From: Deltaproteobacteria bacterium | GTDB lineage: Bacteria; Bdellovibrionota; JACOXK01; 2-02-FULL-40-11 | Assembly: GCA_023248265.1 (NCBI GenBank) | Contig: JAHFEZ010000002.1 | Coordinates: 1-57,178 of the forward strand | Direction: 5' to 3' | DNA length: 57,178 nucleotides | Shown: positions 8,939-18,181 of the stretch, in pieces | Position numbering within the stretch: position 1 is the first letter of the stretch | How the letters are laid out: every line of letters begins with the position of its first letter | Translations under genes and position numbers: made by a program | The notes under the pieces: generated by a model | The model's database searches: none | What the model was told of the DNA's origin: nothing | The model's input: the letters and a program-made list of their open reading frames with translations, nothing else

Positions 8939-11326
8939 TTACCGAATTTTAACCTGCCACTTGCTCTCTAAAAAGTGACATAAATTTTCATGAACCTTAC
9001 TTACTTCTACATCTGTCAGTGTGCGTTCATCTGAACCATAAGTTAAAGCATAGGCATAACTTGTGTGGCCTTCTGGGATGGCCTCTCCTTGATATACATC
9101 AAAAAGCTCGACATTCTTCACCAAAGGGCCCCCTTCTTTAAGGAAAACCTCACACAGAAGTTTATGGGTAATCTTTTTATGAAGGGGGATCAGCAAAGAC
9201 AAATCTCGTTTTACAAAAGGATATTTTGGGAGGAGCTTAAAAATATTTTTTTCCTTTTCCTGATATTCCTTTTCAAATATATGAAAATTTAATTCAAAAA
9301 GGTAAGCGGTTTGCTTTAAATCAAACGCTTCTTGAAGCTGTGGGTGTATTTTCCCAAAACGACATAAAGATTTTCCCGCCTCCTTAATTTCTGCGGATAA
9401 ATTAGACTGAAAAATAGGATTAGGAACCTGCTCTTCCACAGAATCACTAAAACGCGCACCTAATGCTTGAAGAACTGAGTTTACAATGGCCTTAACATCA
9501 TAAAAATCTACTTCTGGGTTTTTTAAATTCCAATGCGTGGGATACCGAGGACCCGAAATCAAGCCTGATAGAATTTTAGTTTCTTTACTCTGATAGACAT
9601 TTCTGAGCTCAAAAATACGCACACGAGAGCGTTGTTGATCCAAATTAAATTTTAAATTTTTGAGCAAAGACGGAATAAGGCTTGGCCGCATCACTGAAAA
9701 ATCTTCTCCTAAGGGATTTTGGATGTGAGTTACTTTTTCTTTCCAATGTATTTTTTCTAAGTCTGTAGGAGAATAAAAACTATAATTAATCACTTCTGTA
9801 AGCCCAGATCCATCCAAAGCGGATTTTACTTTAGCAGTTAAAGAGGTATCTTTCTCAATCGACTGCTCCAAATGAATAGAACCTGTTAACTCCTGCGTTG
9901 GAATTTTTTGATATCCTTCACTTCGCGCTACTTCTTCAATTAAATCTACTTCATGAGATACATCGACACGATGAGACGGCACTTCAAAGCTTGATTTTAA
10001 AGCATTTGTTTTTTTAAGTTTAAATCCTAACGCTTGAAGATCGGCTTTGACCTGAGCAAACGATAGCGGATATCCTAAGTATTGCTCAAGACGATTTTTC
10101 CGTAAGGTGACTACGCGTTTAGAAAATTTTTTGGGGTAAAGATCTATGAATCCTTTTGCAATCGTTCCTCCTGCTACTTCACTCATGAGCTTGGCTGCGC
10201 GATCGAGCGCTTTTTCCACTCCTAAAATATCAACGCCACGCTCAAATCGTTTAGAAGATTCGGAACTCAGCCCCACTTTTTTAGATGTTTTTCGAATCGT
10301 AGAGGGATCAAAATAAGCACTTTCCAATAAAACATGCGTTGTAAACTCAGACACTTCTGAAAAAGCTCCTCCCATGATACCTGCCAAAGCAATGGGCTTT
10401 TGAGAATCACAAATCAAAAGATCCTCGCTGGATAACGTATACTCCCCTCCATCTAAAGTTTTTATTTTTTCTTGAGGTTTGGCTGTTCGAACCACAATTG
10501 TAGAGTCTGAAATTTTATTAAAATCAAAGGCGTGAAGAGGTTGCCCCCATTCCATCAATACAAAATTGGTGACATCCACCACATTATTAATAGAACGCTG
10601 GCCAATAGATTCCAAAGCTGTTTTGAGCCATTCAGGCGAGGGCCCTATCTTCACATCTTCAATGAGCCTGGCTCTATATCGTGGGCATTGTTTAGGGGCA
10701 TGAAGTTTTATTTTTACCTTTTCTTGAATGCGCTGTTTCCCCTCTTTAAGTAGGGTGCGTGGGATGGACACTTTTTTTCTAAGAATGGCTGAAAGTTCCC
10801 TGGCCACCCCTAAGAAACTCATGCAATCCGGACGATTGGGGGTAATATTGAGCTCACAGGTAAGCTCTCCCACTCTCAACACTTTTTTAATATCAGCTTG
10901 AAGCAGCGTATCTGAAGGAAGAATTAAAATTCCCTCGGACTCTTCTTGAAATCCCAATTCTGACTCTGAACACAGCATTCCTTGAGAACGTTCCCCGCGA
11001 ATGACGCTTTCCTTAATTTTAAGGTCTCCCTTTAACTCTGCCCCCGGGAGAGCCAAAACTACTTTATTTCCATCTTTGTAATTTTTGGCTCCGCACACAA
11101 TAGAATATTCTCCTTCTTGAGTCTTAACCAGGCACAAAGACAGCCGATCTGCATTGGGATGTTTTTTGCTTTCAATAATTTGGGCCACACGCAAAAAAGA
11201 AGTATCCATATTTCTTTTTTGCACAGATTCAACTTCAAATCCTCTTTGTGTTAATTTTTCTAAAAGAGAATCTAAATTTTTTGGGAGTGGTATATAGCGG
11301 CTCAGCCACGAAGAAGAAAGTTTCAT
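8939..11326 (-). CDS. pheT: phenylalanine--tRNA ligase beta subunit
   Basis: The protein is 795 aa, with an N-terminal tRNA-binding domain and B3/4 and B5 regions. It overlaps the pheS stop. Confidence 0.95.
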   Translation of the reverse strand: MKLSSSWLSRYIPLPKNLDSLLEKLTQRGFEVESVQKRNMDTSFLRVAQIIESKKHPNADRLSLCLVKTQEGEYSIVCGAKNYKDGNKVVLALPGAELKGDLKIKESVIRGERSQGMLCSESELGFQEESEGILILPSDTLLQADIKKVLRVGELTCELNITPNRPDCMSFLGVARELSAILRKKVSIPRTLLKEGKQRIQEKVKIKLHAPKQCPRYRARLIEDVKIGPSPEWLKTALESIGQRSINNVVDVTNFVLMEWGQPLHAFDFNKISDSTIVVRTAKPQEKIKTLDGGEYTLSSEDLLICDSQKPIALAGIMGGAFSEVSEFTTHVLLESAYFDPSTIRKTSKKVGLSSESSKRFERGVDILGVEKALDRAAKLMSEVAGGTIAKGFIDLYPKKFSKRVVTLRKNRLEQYLGYPLSFAQVKADLQALGFKLKKTNALKSSFEVPSHRVDVSHEVDLIEEVARSEGYQKIPTQELTGSIHLEQSIEKDTSLTAKVKSALDGSGLTEVINYSFYSPTDLEKIHWKEKVTHIQNPLGEDFSVMRPSLIPSLLKNLKFNLDQQRSRVRIFELRNVYQSKETKILSGLISGPRYPTHWNLKNPEVDFYDVKAIVNSVLQALGARFSDSVEEQVPNPIFQSNLSAEIKEAGKSLCRFGKIHPQLQEAFDLKQTAYLFELNFHIFEKEYQEKEKNIFKLLPKYPFVKRDLSLLIPLHKKITHKLLCEVFLKEGGPLVKNVELFDVYQGEAIPEGHTSYAYALTYGSDERTLTDVEVSKVHENLCHFLESKWQVKIR

Positions 11327-12369
11327 GAGAATTGCTCCAAAAATCGTAAATCATTTTCATAAAATAAACGGATATCATCAATGTGGTATCTAAGCATGGT
11401 CAAACGCTCTACGCCCATGCCAAAAGCAAATCCAGAAATTTTTTCGGTGTCATATTTGACTGCTTCAAAGACAGCTGGGTGTACCATCCCACACCCTGCC
11501 ACTTCCAGCCACCCGCTGTGTTTGCACACGCGACATCCTTTGCCTAAACAAAAGATACAGCCAATATCGAGTTCTGCGCTGGGCTCTGTAAATGGAAAAT
11601 AACTGGGGCGAAATCGAACTTGAGTTTCAGATGAAAAAAGTTCATGTACAAAATAGGTTAAAATCCCTTTCAAATGCGCAAAAGAAACAGCCTCATCCAC
11701 GAGCAACCCTTCCACTTGATGGAACATGGGACTATGGGAAGTATCTGCATCATGACGATAGACAGTTCCAGGAACTATCACACGAAGCGGTGGTTTAAAT
11801 TTTTCCATGACTCGAATTTGAACAGGAGATGTATGTGTGCGAAGCACAACATCTTCTGAAATATAAAATGTATCTTGCATATCCCTGGCTGGATGATTTT
11901 TAGGAATATTTAAAGCCTCAAAATTATAATAATCTGATTCGATTTCAGGTCCTTCGGCTACTTGAAATCCATATCGTTTAAAAATATCCACAATATCATC
12001 CATAGTTTTTAAAATAGGATGAAAAGATCCGCTATAAGAAGGCCTGCCCGGCAAGGTAATATCTATCTGTGTTTCTTGAAGAAGCTTTTCTCTTTGAGAT
12101 TTTTTGAGGGTATCGGATAATTCAGAAATCTTTTGCGTGAGAGTACCTTTAACTGTGTTTGCAAGCTGCCCCAGCGTAGGACGATCTTGAGGAGATAAAG
12201 CCCCAATATCTTTTAAAATCTGTGTGAGCTTTCCATTCCGTCCTAAATAACGAATTCGAAAATCTTCCAAGCTTTTTTCATCAAAGGACTGAGAAGAAAG
12301 CTCCAAAAAGGCTTCTTGTTCTATTTGTTTTAATTTCTCTTTTAATTCTTTTGGGAGACCATCAAGCAT
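11323..12369 (-). CDS. pheS: phenylalanine--tRNA ligase alpha subunit
   Basis: Class II synthetase motifs are present (HPARDMQDTFY, FRPSYFPFTEPS, GFAFGMGVERL). Confidence 0.95.
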   Translation of the reverse strand: MLDGLPKELKEKLKQIEQEAFLELSSQSFDEKSLEDFRIRYLGRNGKLTQILKDIGALSPQDRPTLGQLANTVKGTLTQKISELSDTLKKSQREKLLQETQIDITLPGRPSYSGSFHPILKTMDDIVDIFKRYGFQVAEGPEIESDYYNFEALNIPKNHPARDMQDTFYISEDVVLRTHTSPVQIRVMEKFKPPLRVIVPGTVYRHDADTSHSPMFHQVEGLLVDEAVSFAHLKGILTYFVHELFSSETQVRFRPSYFPFTEPSAELDIGCIFCLGKGCRVCKHSGWLEVAGCGMVHPAVFEAVKYDTEKISGFAFGMGVERLTMLRYHIDDIRLFYENDLRFLEQFS

Positions 12370-12723
12370 TTAGGCAGCAGCTTGCACTTTTTGAACAATC
12401 GTTTGAAATGCTTGAGGATCTTGCACGGCCAATTGAGCCAACGTTTTTCGATTTAATCCAATATTGGCCTTTTTCAATTTGGACATAAATTGGCTATAGG
12501 AAATATTTAAAGGGCGAACAGCTGCGTTAATGCGAATAATCCATAATTTTCGAAACGCACGTTTCCGCACTTTACGATCGCGATACGCAAATACCCAAGC
12601 GCGTTCTACGCTTTCAGAAGCCCGTCGGATATTAGACTTTCTCCGCCCATAGGCTCCCTTGGCAAATTTCAGAATTTTATTTCGTCTGCGGCGGGCTTTA
12701 TATCCGCCTTTTACTCTTGGCAT
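12370..12723 (-). CDS. rplT: 50S ribosomal protein L20
   Basis: The N-terminus is [23 protein letters not shown]..., and the gene lies in the infC-rpmI-rplT operon. Confidence 0.95.
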   Translation of the reverse strand: MPRVKGGYKARRRRNKILKFAKGAYGRRKSNIRRASESVERAWVFAYRDRKVRKRAFRKLWIIRINAAVRPLNISYSQFMSKLKKANIGLNRKTLAQLAVQDPQAFQTIVQKVQAAA

Positions 12724-12736
12724 AACCTAAAATCTC

Positions 12737-12937
12737 CTAGCCGTAAGGCATCATGCGCCGAATGCGATGAGCATCGGCATCGCTTACATAGGTGCCCTGT
12801 CTTAAATGACGTTTTCTTTTAGACGATTTAGCGGTTGTTAAAAGATGCCGTAAATTATTTTTTTTACGCTTAATCTTTCCTTTTTTGGTAAACCGAAAAC
12901 GTTTTTTAAGACCACTTTTTGTCTTTAATTTACCCAT
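12737..12937 (-). CDS. rpmI: 50S ribosomal protein L35
   Basis: MGKLKTKSGLKKRFRFTKKGKIKR..., 66 aa from the ATG at 12937, which lies 2 nt after the infC stop. The track start at 12943 is an upstream GTG. Confidence 0.9.
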   Translation of the reverse strand: MGKLKTKSGLKKRFRFTKKGKIKRKKNNLRHLLTTAKSSKRKRHLRQGTYVSDADAHRIRRMMPYG

Positions 12938-12939
12938 GC

Positions 12940-13479
12940 TCACTTTCGTTTGACAGCCACGGCTGCAATCTTTTGGGGCGTTACCACTGTAAAAAGGGCT
13001 CGCCCTTCTAATTTAAGTAATTGCTCTACAACCGCAATATCCTTAAGTTTTTGGACCACTTTGTCAAGAACTATTTTACCCAGTTCTTTATGTTCTAATT
13101 CTCGCCCTCGAAACATGACGGTGAGTTTCACTTTATCCCCTTCTGCTAGAAATTCTTCGATCTTTCTCATCTTATGGTCCATATCATGGTCATCCGTCAT
13201 AATCCCAAATTTAATTTCATGAAGCTTGATGATCACTTGTTTTTTCTTAGCCCGCTGTTGTTCCTTTTTGAGCTCATACATGTATTTCCCATAATCAATG
13301 ATTTTACATACAGGTGGTTTAGCTTGGGGAGCAATCTCAACCAGATCTAATCCATGAGATTCTGCAAGACTCAAAGCTTCTTTGATCGGCAAAACCCCCA
13401 CTTGTTGTCCATCTTCATTAATCACCCTCACTTGCTGTGCAAAAATCGATCGATTTTTGCGTGGTTCTCTAGCGATAAT
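12940..13479 (-). CDS. infC: translation initiation factor IF-3, non-canonical ATT (or ATC) start
   Basis: The track ORF starts at an internal GTG. The frame stays open upstream as IIAREPRKNRSIFAQQV-RVINEDG, which matches the conserved IF3 N-terminus. ATT at 13479-13477 and ATC at 13476-13474 follow AGGAGGTGA (13488-13480). This gives 179 aa against 180 aa in E. coli. Confidence 0.8.
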   Translation of the reverse strand: MIAREPRKNRSIFAQQVRVINEDGQQVGVLPIKEALSLAESHGLDLVEIAPQAKPPVCKIIDYGKYMYELKKEQQRAKKKQVIIKLHEIKFGIMTDDHDMDHKMRKIEEFLAEGDKVKLTVMFRGRELEHKELGKIVLDKVVQKLKDIAVVEQLLKLEGRALFTVVTPQKIAAVAVKRK

Positions 13480-15382
13480 TCACCTCCTGTGCCTTTACGG
13501 CTGTTATGAATTGATCTACCGTCATGGGAGATAAACTTTCTCCACTTCTTTGACGAATAGATAGTGTTTGGGATTGGACTTCTTTATCTCCAATCACCCC
13601 CATGTACGGAATTTTTTGAAGTTGGGCTTCTCGAATTTTAAAACCTAATTTTTCATTTCGACTATCCAACGCCACACGTACTTGAGCTTCGTGTAATTTT
13701 TCATATACTTTTTGAGCATACTCTTTTTGGTTATCGGTCACATTTAAAATAATTACTTGTACGGGCGCTAACCAAACAGGGAAAGCCCCTGCATAGTGTT
13801 CAATCAAAATTCCTAAGAAGCGCTCCACAGACCCAAAGATAGCTCGATGAATCATAACTGGTCTGTGCTCTTTACTATCGGCCCCCACATAATTTAAATG
13901 AAAACGCTCGGGCATGGAAAAATCAAGTTGAACGGTCCCGCACTGCCACGTTCGCCCAATACTGTCTTTCACATGAAAATCAATTTTAGGACCATAAAAG
14001 GCTCCTTCGCCAGGGTTGAGCTGATAGGAAAGCTTAAGATGCGTCAGTGCATTTTGAAGTCCTGAAGTTGCTTTATTCCAAATCTCTTCACTGCCAATAG
14101 AGTCTTTAGGACGCGTAGAAAGCTCAATTTTAAATTCTTGAAATCCAAATTTTTGATATACCGAAATAAGCAAATGAATGACTCTTGCCACTTCTTCTTC
14201 AATTTGTTCTTCAGCACAAAAAATATGAGCATCATCAATGGAAAAAGTTCTCACACGCAAGAGCCCATGAGTCACTCCTGAACGTTCATGACGGTGCACC
14301 TGCCCAATTTCAGCCATTCGCAAAGGCAAATCACGGTAAGAATGCTTTTGAGTATTGTAAATTAAAATATGGCCAGGACAATTCATGGGTTTTACCGCAA
14401 AATCTTTTTCGTCAATTTTTACAAAGTACATATTTTCTTTGTAATGTTCGTAATGGCCACTCCTTCTCCAAAGCTCATCGCTTAAAATAAAAGGAGTTTT
14501 CACAATTTGATATCCGGCATTCGTATGCTCCTTTTTCCAAAAATCGACCAAAAGCTCATATACTTTTTGTCCCTTGGGATGGAAAAAAGGACTCGCAGGA
14601 GACTCTTCATGAAAACTAAAAAGATCAAGCTCTCGTCCCAGCTTTCTGTGATCTCGCTTTTGGGCTTCTTCTAATTGATGTACATGGCTTTCCAAATCTT
14701 TCTTGGAAAAGAAGGATGTCCCATAAATTCTTTGAAGCATTTTATTTTTTTCATCTCCCCGCCAGTAAGCACCTGCTACCGATAAAAGCTTAAACGCTCT
14801 TACCCATCCTGTGTGTGGAACATGGGGCCCCCGGCACAAATCCACCCACTCCCCTTGTTGATAGAGACTGACCTTTTCATCGGGAATGCCTTCTAAAATT
14901 TCAATCTTATAATCCTCATGCATTTTTTTAAATTTTTCCCTGGCTTCTTTTTTAGGAACAAGTGTTCGACAAAAAGCACGTTTGGCCTGAATAATCTCAC
15001 TCATTTTATTTTCAATTTTGGCCAAATCTTCCGGCGTAAAGGTTTTGTCATAATCATAATCATAATAAAAACCTTGTTCTGTGGCAGGCCCTATGGTGAC
15101 CTTGACCCCTTTGAATAAAGATTGGACTGCTTCACTCATAATGTGAGCTGTAGAATGGCGTAAAACCTCTAGGGACTCCGAATCTTTTTCTGTTAAGACT
15201 TTGATCTGGCAATTTTTTTCTATAGGGGTCATCAAATCAATGATGGCATGGTCATCAATTTTAATGGCGATGGCATCTTTGGCAAGGCCAGCGCCTAATT
15301 TTTTGAGGACTTCTGAACCTATAACACCAGATTGAAAGTCGAGACTCGATCCGTCAGGCAAGGTCAAACTAATTTTACTCAT
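13469..15382 (-). CDS. thrS: threonine--tRNA ligase
   Basis: The protein is 637 aa with TGS, editing, class II core and anticodon-binding regions. It heads the thrS-infC operon. Confidence 0.95.
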   Translation of the reverse strand: MSKISLTLPDGSSLDFQSGVIGSEVLKKLGAGLAKDAIAIKIDDHAIIDLMTPIEKNCQIKVLTEKDSESLEVLRHSTAHIMSEAVQSLFKGVKVTIGPATEQGFYYDYDYDKTFTPEDLAKIENKMSEIIQAKRAFCRTLVPKKEAREKFKKMHEDYKIEILEGIPDEKVSLYQQGEWVDLCRGPHVPHTGWVRAFKLLSVAGAYWRGDEKNKMLQRIYGTSFFSKKDLESHVHQLEEAQKRDHRKLGRELDLFSFHEESPASPFFHPKGQKVYELLVDFWKKEHTNAGYQIVKTPFILSDELWRRSGHYEHYKENMYFVKIDEKDFAVKPMNCPGHILIYNTQKHSYRDLPLRMAEIGQVHRHERSGVTHGLLRVRTFSIDDAHIFCAEEQIEEEVARVIHLLISVYQKFGFQEFKIELSTRPKDSIGSEEIWNKATSGLQNALTHLKLSYQLNPGEGAFYGPKIDFHVKDSIGRTWQCGTVQLDFSMPERFHLNYVGADSKEHRPVMIHRAIFGSVERFLGILIEHYAGAFPVWLAPVQVIILNVTDNQKEYAQKVYEKLHEAQVRVALDSRNEKLGFKIREAQLQKIPYMGVIGDKEVQSQTLSIRQRSGESLSPMTVDQFITAVKAQEVNYR

Positions 15383-15461
15383 GAAGTACTTTAATCATAA
15401 GAAACAAAAATAAATCATGAGTAATATATAACAGCTCCGTTATAGTTTCAACTCCAAAATT

Positions 15462-16409
15462 TTACCAATGAGGAGGCACAGGTGGAACAGGAGGCACAGG
15501 CGGTACCGGTGGAACGGGACGTTGAGGAGGTTGTGGTGGCCAAGGCTGAGGAGGCTCTGGACGTCTCGGAGGTTCCGGAGGCCAAGGACGCTGTGGTGGT
15601 TGTGGTGGCCAGGGATTACGAGGTGGCCACGGTTGAGGTGGCTGCGGCGGCCGTGGGTCGTAAATGCCCCCATAATACTGCCGCAATTCATTCATCATCA
15701 GCGCCAAGCGATTAAATTCAAACTGAATCCACGATACGGGATTTAGCCAAGCAAAACTTCTTCTAGACTGATCATAGCTTGCCGATAAATTTTGGTAATC
15801 ATTATAAGTATACCTGGGGTCTTGATACCCATTTTGCACTTTCTGATGGTAATAACGCGCCTGATCTGCAAATCTTTGAAGATCTGCCAGGGCTTGTTGC
15901 GCTAGCCATGTTCCATTGGAAGCATTTTGTTCTGCCCAAAGACGTACTCTCTCCGTTGTAATATCAATTTGATAAGCTATATTTTGAATATCTCCATAGT
16001 GCCCTTCATCCTTATAATACACTTGAAGTTCTTGAATGAGTGACCCTAGTCGATCAAAGTCATAACGAAGGTATGAAAACGCCTGAAGCCAATAAAAACT
16101 TCTTCGGGCTTGATCATGCGCCCGAACCAAATCTAAATAATCTTGATGCGTATGGCTTGGATCTTGATACCAACTTTCCACTTGTTCATGAAAATGCGTT
16201 GCTTCTTGTGCCAAGGCGTGAAGATCACGCAACGCAGTTTCTTCTTCCCACGTTCCTTGATGAGCCGCATTTTCAGCTTCAACATGAATTTGGTTGGCTA
16301 GCCCATCAATTTGATGAGCCAAGTCCCTAACAGCTCCTTCATTATACGCCCACGTAGGAGTTAGAGAAAAAATAAGAAATAAAGGCAAAAAATAGAGAAC
16401 TTTTTTCAT
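15462..16409 (-). CDS. secreted protein with two tandem ~110-aa helical repeats and a Pro/Trp-rich C-terminal tail
   Basis: Signal peptide MKKVLYFLPLFLIFSLTPTWA. An internal duplication is visible (...GTWEEETALRDLHALAQEATHFHEQV..RRSFYWL.. versus ..GTWLAQQALADLQRFADQARYYHQKV..RRSFAWL..). The tail is PPQPWPP... ending in (VPP)5. Confidence 0.7.
   Translation of the reverse strand: MKKVLYFLPLFLIFSLTPTWAYNEGAVRDLAHQIDGLANQIHVEAENAAHQGTWEEETALRDLHALAQEATHFHEQVESWYQDPSHTHQDYLDLVRAHDQARRSFYWLQAFSYLRYDFDRLGSLIQELQVYYKDEGHYGDIQNIAYQIDITTERVRLWAEQNASNGTWLAQQALADLQRFADQARYYHQKVQNGYQDPRYTYNDYQNLSASYDQSRRSFAWLNPVSWIQFEFNRLALMMNELRQYYGGIYDPRPPQPPQPWPPRNPWPPQPPQRPWPPEPPRRPEPPQPWPPQPPQRPVPPVPPVPPVPPVPPHW
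15471..15515. repeat. five tandem 9-bp units encoding (VPP)5 at the C-terminus of the secreted repeat protein
   Basis: aggaggcac/aggtggaac/aggaggcac/aggcggtac/cggtggaac, read directly. Confidence 0.8.
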
Positions 16410-16523
16410 AACAACGATACCTCCTTTTTTGTCAACTTCGAGAAATACTATAGAAAATTGGTAGAATTACGCAAGAAAAAAAGAGAAAGTTTTAAAAAAA
16501 CCCTTACCTAGAGTGCTCAATAT

Positions 16524-17369
16524 CTAAAATGCCTTTAGTAGTTGCTCAAAAACACGCGGATATTCACTGATCCATTTTTCTTCTTTTGGATCTTCCAGAA
16601 AACGTCCAATATCTTTTAATACCATTTGAGAATTAATACGATGGATTCTCTCTCCAAGATAATGAAAAACTTCCTGAGGTGTCTCAAATTTCTGAAGGGA
16701 GGTTGCAGTTGCATTTGCGTGACTAATCCCATTGTTTAAATACACCATATCGATCGGAGTTCGATGAGATAGGTACCAAATTAAATCATAATAATCACGG
16801 CCCTTGACATAGGGTCGCAAGAGTATGGCTAGAAGTTTACCGGCAAAAAGCGTCTCTTTTTTGTGTTTTAATATTGGAAAAATCTCATTAAACTTATGGA
16901 TAAAGAAACTTTCCATCTGTTGATCTGTAATTTGAACCGGATGCGTATCAATCTCTAGCTTAATATGCAGCTTCTCACTCTTCCTGACTGAAAGCCCAAG
17001 CGACTGCAACACATCGTTAAATTTTAAAAAAGATTTTTGAACAATCGCTTTGGCATTCACGCTAGATGACACTTTAAAACCAGATGTCTCCAAATCTCGG
17101 GTAATCTCTTTCAGCAGTTGATTAAATGTATAATTTTTCATTGGGCGATCTAATGTAAAATTCAAATCTTCCGAATAACGTTTTAAATCGTAACAGATTC
17201 GTAAACATGTTCCGCCCATAAAACAAAGCGCCTTTCCAAAATTTGAATGATAGATCGATTTTAAAATTAGAATTTGCAGATATTCCCGAGTAAAATTCAC
17301 TTGGGCTTGAGCAGATGTGTGTGGATTTTGAGATCGAAATTGTTCAAGTTGTTTGATTAAGTTTTGCAT
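16524..17369 (-). CDS. abiEii: AbiEii/AbiGii-family nucleotidyltransferase toxin (second copy, divergent)
   Basis: The motif CFMGGTCLRICYDLKRYSEDLNF is the GGTxL...R.SxDLD signature. The gene overlaps the upstream antitoxin by 26 nt. Confidence 0.7.
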   Translation of the reverse strand: MQNLIKQLEQFRSQNPHTSAQAQVNFTREYLQILILKSIYHSNFGKALCFMGGTCLRICYDLKRYSEDLNFTLDRPMKNYTFNQLLKEITRDLETSGFKVSSSVNAKAIVQKSFLKFNDVLQSLGLSVRKSEKLHIKLEIDTHPVQITDQQMESFFIHKFNEIFPILKHKKETLFAGKLLAILLRPYVKGRDYYDLIWYLSHRTPIDMVYLNNGISHANATATSLQKFETPQEVFHYLGERIHRINSQMVLKDIGRFLEDPKEEKWISEYPRVFEQLLKAF

Positions 17370-17949
17370 AAGATCTTAAACTCCTTAAAAGTTGATCAAG
17401 TTTACCAGACTTAAAGTAAACTGCATACTTCATCGCTCTTTTAAATTTAATTGCACCCAAGTGTTGCCACCTAAGTGTTTCCCAAAAATCTACTTTGGCA
17501 TAAAAATGACGTTGATTGAGATAAAGATAATCAACTACTGCTTTTTCCCGCTCAGCCATGAGCGTTTGTGGATCATACCCCTGAAAAGCACTTTTTTTAA
17601 TCTTTTGATATGTAAATTGTCCCACGGGTGTATTTATTTTTCGAGTCGCCTTGGTCGTTACCAGAGTCATGGCAAATGTCACATCCGGCAACAAACCGTA
17701 ATAATTCAATGCCGTCTCCAAACTCACGTAGCAGGGCGCGTAGAGGTGTTTGGCAACCTCAACTTGATCAATGGTTTGGTTTGAAAAAGCATACACGCCG
17801 CGTTTCAGCGAAAGAATATCACCCGCCTTTTTCCACTGATGAAGTTGTAATTTTAATGTACCTGGATCAGTTTGAAAAGCCACCACTTTGGCTTCCTGCC
17901 ATGTAAAAACAGGCTTTTTCATGAATTTTTTGAAATATTTAAATTTCAT
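17344..17949 (-). CDS. abiEi: AbiEi-family antitoxin (second copy)
   Basis: About 200 aa, upstream of AbiEii and overlapping it. The ATG at 17949 (MKFKYFKKFMKKPVFTW...) is preferred to the track start at 17997. An alternative ATG lies at 17922. Confidence 0.55.
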   Translation of the reverse strand: MKFKYFKKFMKKPVFTWQEAKVVAFQTDPGTLKLQLHQWKKAGDILSLKRGVYAFSNQTIDQVEVAKHLYAPCYVSLETALNYYGLLPDVTFAMTLVTTKATRKINTPVGQFTYQKIKKSAFQGYDPQTLMAEREKAVVDYLYLNQRHFYAKVDFWETLRWQHLGAIKFKRAMKYAVYFKSGKLDQLLRSLRSYAKLNQTT

Positions 17950-17962
17950 ATAATTATATATT

Positions 17963-17991
17963 ATTATAACTATATGAAACGTACTTGTCAA
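17963..17991 (-). promoter_or_regulatory. perfect consensus sigma70 promoter TTGACA-N17-TATAAT for the second abiE operon
   Basis: On the minus strand the -35 is at 17991-17986 and the -10 at 17968-17963. The -10 is only 13 nt from the ATG at 17949, implying a very short leader or use of the 17922 start. Confidence 0.5.
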
Positions 17992-18087
17992 TAGCACATT
18001 TGACTGGGTGGCCCAAGCTTCCTTTTATAAGACTTAGCCTTCAGGAAGTGACACAGGTGCGATTTCTGGTTCGTCTACTCTGTCAAA

Positions 18088-18162
18088 TGGTAGGCGCGGG
18101 GGGGATTGAACCCCCGACCCCTGCTACGTCAAAGCAGTGCTCTACCGCTGAGCTACACGCCT
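18088..18162 (-). tRNA. tRNA-Val (anticodon GAC), CCA encoded
   Basis: Folded by hand. The acceptor stem is AGGCGTG/CGCGCCT, the D-arm GCTC-AGCGGTA-GAGC, the anticodon arm CTGCT-TTGACGT-AGCAG and the T-arm GGGGG-TTCAATC-CCCCC. Length is 75 nt. Confidence 0.9.
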
Positions 18163-18181
18163 AACTCAGTGGCGAAAGCTA

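Noticed and set aside
15440-15746. Arg/Trp-rich and other ORFs (15468-15746 +, 15482-15715 +, 15440-15691 -) overlapping the proline-rich tail
   Set aside because: CCN-rich coding DNA stays open in several frames. The sense frame has a signal peptide and an internal duplication, so these are frame artefacts.
17392-17906. Plus-strand ORFs antisense to abiEi-2
   Set aside because: They have no RBS, show low-complexity composition, and lie entirely within the antitoxin gene.
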